Assembly: GCA_964016885.1 (NCBI GenBank)
Contig: OZ024766.1
Coordinates: forward strand, 19,468,001-19,532,000
Source: Eledone cirrhosa
Taxonomy: Eukaryota
DNA length: 64,000 nt
Reading direction: 5' to 3'
Of the stretch, positions 59,122-64,000 are shown one piece after another. Position numbers and translations under genes: made by a program. How positions within the stretch are numbered: the first letter of the stretch is position 1; the number at the start of each line of letters is the position of its first letter. The notes beneath the pieces are model-generated. The model made no database searches. It was given only the letters and a program-made list of their open reading frames with translations, and was not told the DNA's origin.

Positions 59122-61485
59122 TTATGGGTTCTTACCTGTATGAGTATATTTGTGTCTAGTTAAACTACTTGATACAGAGAATAATTTACCACAGATATCG
59201 CAGTGGTATGGCTTGTCTCCTGTATGGGTACGTAAGTGTTTAGTTAAGTAACTACTATCAGAGAATGATTTACCACAGATATCACAGTGGTATGGCTTGT
59301 CTCCTGTATGGGTACGTAAGTGTTTAGTTAAGTAACTACTATCAGAGAATGATTTACCACAGATTTCGCAGTGGTATGGCTTGTCTGTTGTATGTATATT
59401 TTTGTGTCTAGTTAAGGTACTACTAACAGAGAATGATATACCACAGATATCACAGTGGTATGGCTTGTCTCCTGTATGTATACGTACGTGTGTAGTTAAG
59501 TGAGTACTTTGAGAGAATGATTTACCACAGATATCACAGTGGTGTGGCTTGTCTCCTGTATGCATACGTTTGTGGCAAGTTAAGTTGCTACTTCGAGAGA
59601 ATGATTTACCACAGATTTCGCAGTGGTATGGCTTGTCTGCTGAATGTATACGTTTGTGTCTAGTTAAGGTACTACTAACAGAGAATGATTTACCACAGAT
59701 ATCACAGTGGTATGGCTTGTCTCCTGTATGTATACGTATGTGGCAAGTTAAGTTGGTACTTCGAGAGAATGATTTACCACAGATTCCGCAGTGGTATGGC
59801 TTGTCTCCTGTATGTATACGTTTGTGGCAAGTCAAGTTACTACTATCAGAGAATGATTTACCACAGATTTCGCAGTGGTATGGCTTGTCTCCTGTATGTA
59901 TACGTTTGTGTCTAGTTAAGTGACTACTTTTAGAGAATGATTCACCACAGATATCACAGTGGTATGGCTTGTCTCCTGTATGTATACGTTTGTGTCTAGT
60001 TAAGTGACTACATTGAGAGAATGATTTACCACAGATATCACAGTGGTATGGCTTGTCTCCTGTATGTACACGTTTGTGTTTAGTTAAGTGACTACTAACA
60101 GAGAATGATATACCACAGATATCACAGTGGTATGGCTTGTCTCCTGTATGTATACGTTTGTGTGTAGTTAAATGACGACTATCAGAGAATGATTTACCAC
60201 AGATATCGCAGTGGTATGGCTTTTCTCCTGTATGTATACGTTTGTGTGGAATTAACTGACCACTTTTAGAGAATGATTTACCACAGACATCACAGTGGTA
60301 TGGCTTGTCTCCTGTATGGGTATGTAAGTGTGAAGTTAAGGTACCACTTTCAGAGAATGATTTACCACAGATATCACAGTGGTATGGCTTGTCTCCTGTA
60401 TGGGTATGTAAGTGTGAAGTTAAGGTACCACTTTCAGAGAATGATTTACCACAGATATCGCAGTGGTATGGCTTGTCTCCTGTATGTATACGTTTGTGTC
60501 TAGTTAAGGTACTACTAACAGAGAATGATATACCACAGATATCACAGTGGTATGGCTTGTCCCCTGTATGTATACGTATGTGTGTAGTTAAGTGACTACT
60601 ATCAGAGAATGATTTACCACAGATATCACAGTGGTATGGCTTGTCTCCTGTATGTATACGTTTGTGGCAAGTTAAGTTGCTACTTTGAGAGAATGATTTA
60701 CCACAGATTTCGCAGTGGTATGGCTTGTCTCCTGTATGTATACGTTTGTGGCAAGTTAAGGTACTACTAACAGAGAATGATATACCACAGATATCACAGT
60801 GGTATGGCTTGTCCCCTGTATGTATACGTATGTGTGTAGTTAAGTGACTACTATCAGAGAATGATTTACCACAGATATCACAGAGGTGTGGCTTCTCTCC
60901 TGTATGTATACGTTTGTGGCAAGTTAAGTTGCTACTTTGAGAGAATGATTTACCACAGATTTCGCAGTGGTATGGCTTCTCTGCTGTATGTATATGTTTA
61001 GTTAAGGTACTACTATCAGAGAATGATATACCACAGATATCGCAGTGGTGTGGCTTGTCTCCTGTGTGTATACGTTTGTGTCTAGTTAAGGTACTCCTAA
61101 CAGAGAATGATTTACCACAGATTTCGCAGTGGTATGGCTTGTCTCTTGTATGTGTACGTTTGTGGCAAGTCAAGTTACTACTATCAGAGAATGATCTACC
61201 ACAGATATCACAGTGGTATGGCTTGTCTCCTGTATGTATACGTTTGTGTCTAGTTAAGTCACTATTTTGAGAGAATGATTTACCACAGATATCACAGTGG
61301 TATGGCTTGTCTCCTATATGTGTACGTTTGTGTGGAATTAACTGACCATTTTGAGAGAATGATTTACCACAGACATCACAGTGATATGGTTTCCCTCCTC
61401 TAGACTTTGGCATCTCTTCTGGAATAGCCATATCTCTAGACGATGTTTCACATTTAATCTTCTTCACACTAAATTTCGTTTCCAT
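59122..61485 (-). CDS. Poly-C2H2 zinc-finger protein, unit 9 (copy of unit 2 with two extra fingers, 27 total)
   Basis: 787 aa = 731 + 56; extra ESGTLTSH and DSRHLTTH fingers. Confidence 0.92.
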   Translation of the reverse strand: METKFSVKKIKCETSSRDMAIPEEMPKSRGGKPYHCDVCGKSFSQNGQLIPHKRTHIGDKPYHCDICGKSFSQNSDLTRHKRIHTGDKPYHCDICGRSFSDSSNLTCHKRTHTRDKPYHCEICGKSFSVRSTLTRHKRIHTGDKPHHCDICGISFSDSSTLTKHIHTAEKPYHCEICGKSFSQSSNLTCHKRIHTGEKPHLCDICGKSFSDSSHLTTHIRIHTGDKPYHCDICGISFSVSSTLTCHKRIHTGDKPYHCEICGKSFSQSSNLTCHKRIHTGDKPYHCDICGKSFSDSSHLTTHIRIHTGDKPYHCDICGISFSVSSTLTRHKRIHTGDKPYHCDICGKSFSESGTLTSHLHTHTGDKPYHCDICGKSFSESGTLTSHLHTHTGDKPYHCDVCGKSFSKSGQLIPHKRIHTGEKPYHCDICGKSFSDSRHLTTHKRIHTGDKPYHCDICGISFSVSSHLTKHKRVHTGDKPYHCDICGKSFSQCSHLTRHKRIHTGDKPYHCDICGESFSKSSHLTRHKRIHTGDKPYHCEICGKSFSDSSNLTCHKRIHTGDKPYHCGICGKSFSRSTNLTCHIRIHTGDKPYHCDICGKSFSVSSTLTRHKRIHSADKPYHCEICGKSFSRSSNLTCHKRMHTGDKPHHCDICGKSFSQSTHLTTHVRIHTGDKPYHCDICGISFSVSSTLTRHKNIHTTDKPYHCEICGKSFSDSSYLTKHLRTHTGDKPYHCDICGKSFSDSSYLTKHLRTHTGDKPYHCDICGKLFSVSSSLTRHKYTHTGKNP

Positions 61486-62445
61486 GTTTCTTCTTCCCTT
61501 GGCAGAATTTACAGATGTTATTCTTGTCTTATTTTATATATTATATTCCTGAAGATATTTCTTCAGCTATATTTCCGGCAACGGTGATCTCAGTCAAGAT
61601 CTGAAGATGATGCAAACTTCTTTCTGATCCAAGTTTAGTTAAGATTCAAAATCATCTTGTAAATATTTCAGATGCTGATGAAACAATACCTTTCCAAGAA
61701 TTTTTCCAAGACACACAGTTCTCAGGAAATATTTCACACTAATTCTGCCATAGATTTATATAAACAGTGTTATATGAGTTCTGTATCAAAACCTTTAGTC
61801 TTGAAATGATGATAAATAGAGGGGATGTATTCAAGATTAAAAATCTAATTTTATACCAATGTCATCTGATAATCTGAAATAAGAAAGAAACAGTATGAGA
61901 TAAAAGAGAATACTTTAGAAACAGAGATAGATTTAACATTGGATATTTTATATTTCTATATTGATAAACTGTAGATATCAACTTTCCTGTCCAGAGTTAT
62001 TCTCTCCAATGTAAGCAGTGATATTCCACGATGCTCTATAAACTATATCCTTCTAACTCTTGGGAGGTCTGCTCTATAGCCTTTACCCAAGAACTTCATT
62101 CTTATATGACATTCTAACATGGTAATTGTCTGAGACCTGAGATGTGTAACTTGACAGTTCCTTGTGTAACAGTTCTTTCTACCTGGAAGGGGAAAATTGT
62201 TGTGTAATTGCTTGGTAACAGTCAAAGGATTCTCACACATGGCAACCCTAGGCACCCCAATAACATGACTTGTGTTAGGCTTGTAGACACAATTAGTGGG
62301 AATTTTTATTCCTAGGGATTACATAATTTTAGCGCTATTTTTTTTTTTTCTGTTTGGATGCCTTTCCACTCATCAACCACTTTACAGCAAGGACTGGGTG
62401 TATTGTTTGTGTCACTAGAGAGGTTATTTTAATGGTCTTAAGCTC

Positions 62446-64000
<1,555 letters not shown>

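Overview
AT-rich eukaryotic DNA, most consistent with an octopus/coleoid cephalopod (judged from SINE style, RTE LINE fragments and zinc-finger gene style; inference). The window is a head-to-tail array of nine minus-strand poly-C2H2 zinc-finger genes (13-27 fingers, ~33-aa N-terminus, no KRAB/SCAN/BTB/SET). Each sits in a 6.2-8.0 kb amplification unit: CR1/RTE LINE relics, polyA signal, zinc-finger-derived 80-bp 3'UTR satellite, CDS, uORF-bearing 5'UTR, an intron with a (TA)n tract, G-rich ~31-bp repeats and a 20-bp minisatellite, and a conserved putative promoter block. Seven units form a 51,412-bp higher-order repeat: 51413-64000 is a near-identical copy of the window start. Main points of interest: (i) PRDM9-like shuffling of finger cassettes between paralogues, with variation focused on DNA-contact codons; (ii) an out-of-frame 80-bp zinc-finger satellite expanding independently in the 3'UTRs; (iii) independent TGA truncation of terminal fingers in three paralogues, including three Cys TGT>TGA changes in one gene; (iv) a young RTE LINE piece inside the TA tract that shares its 3' end with a SINE in the window. 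Splice and promoter calls rest on motifs only.
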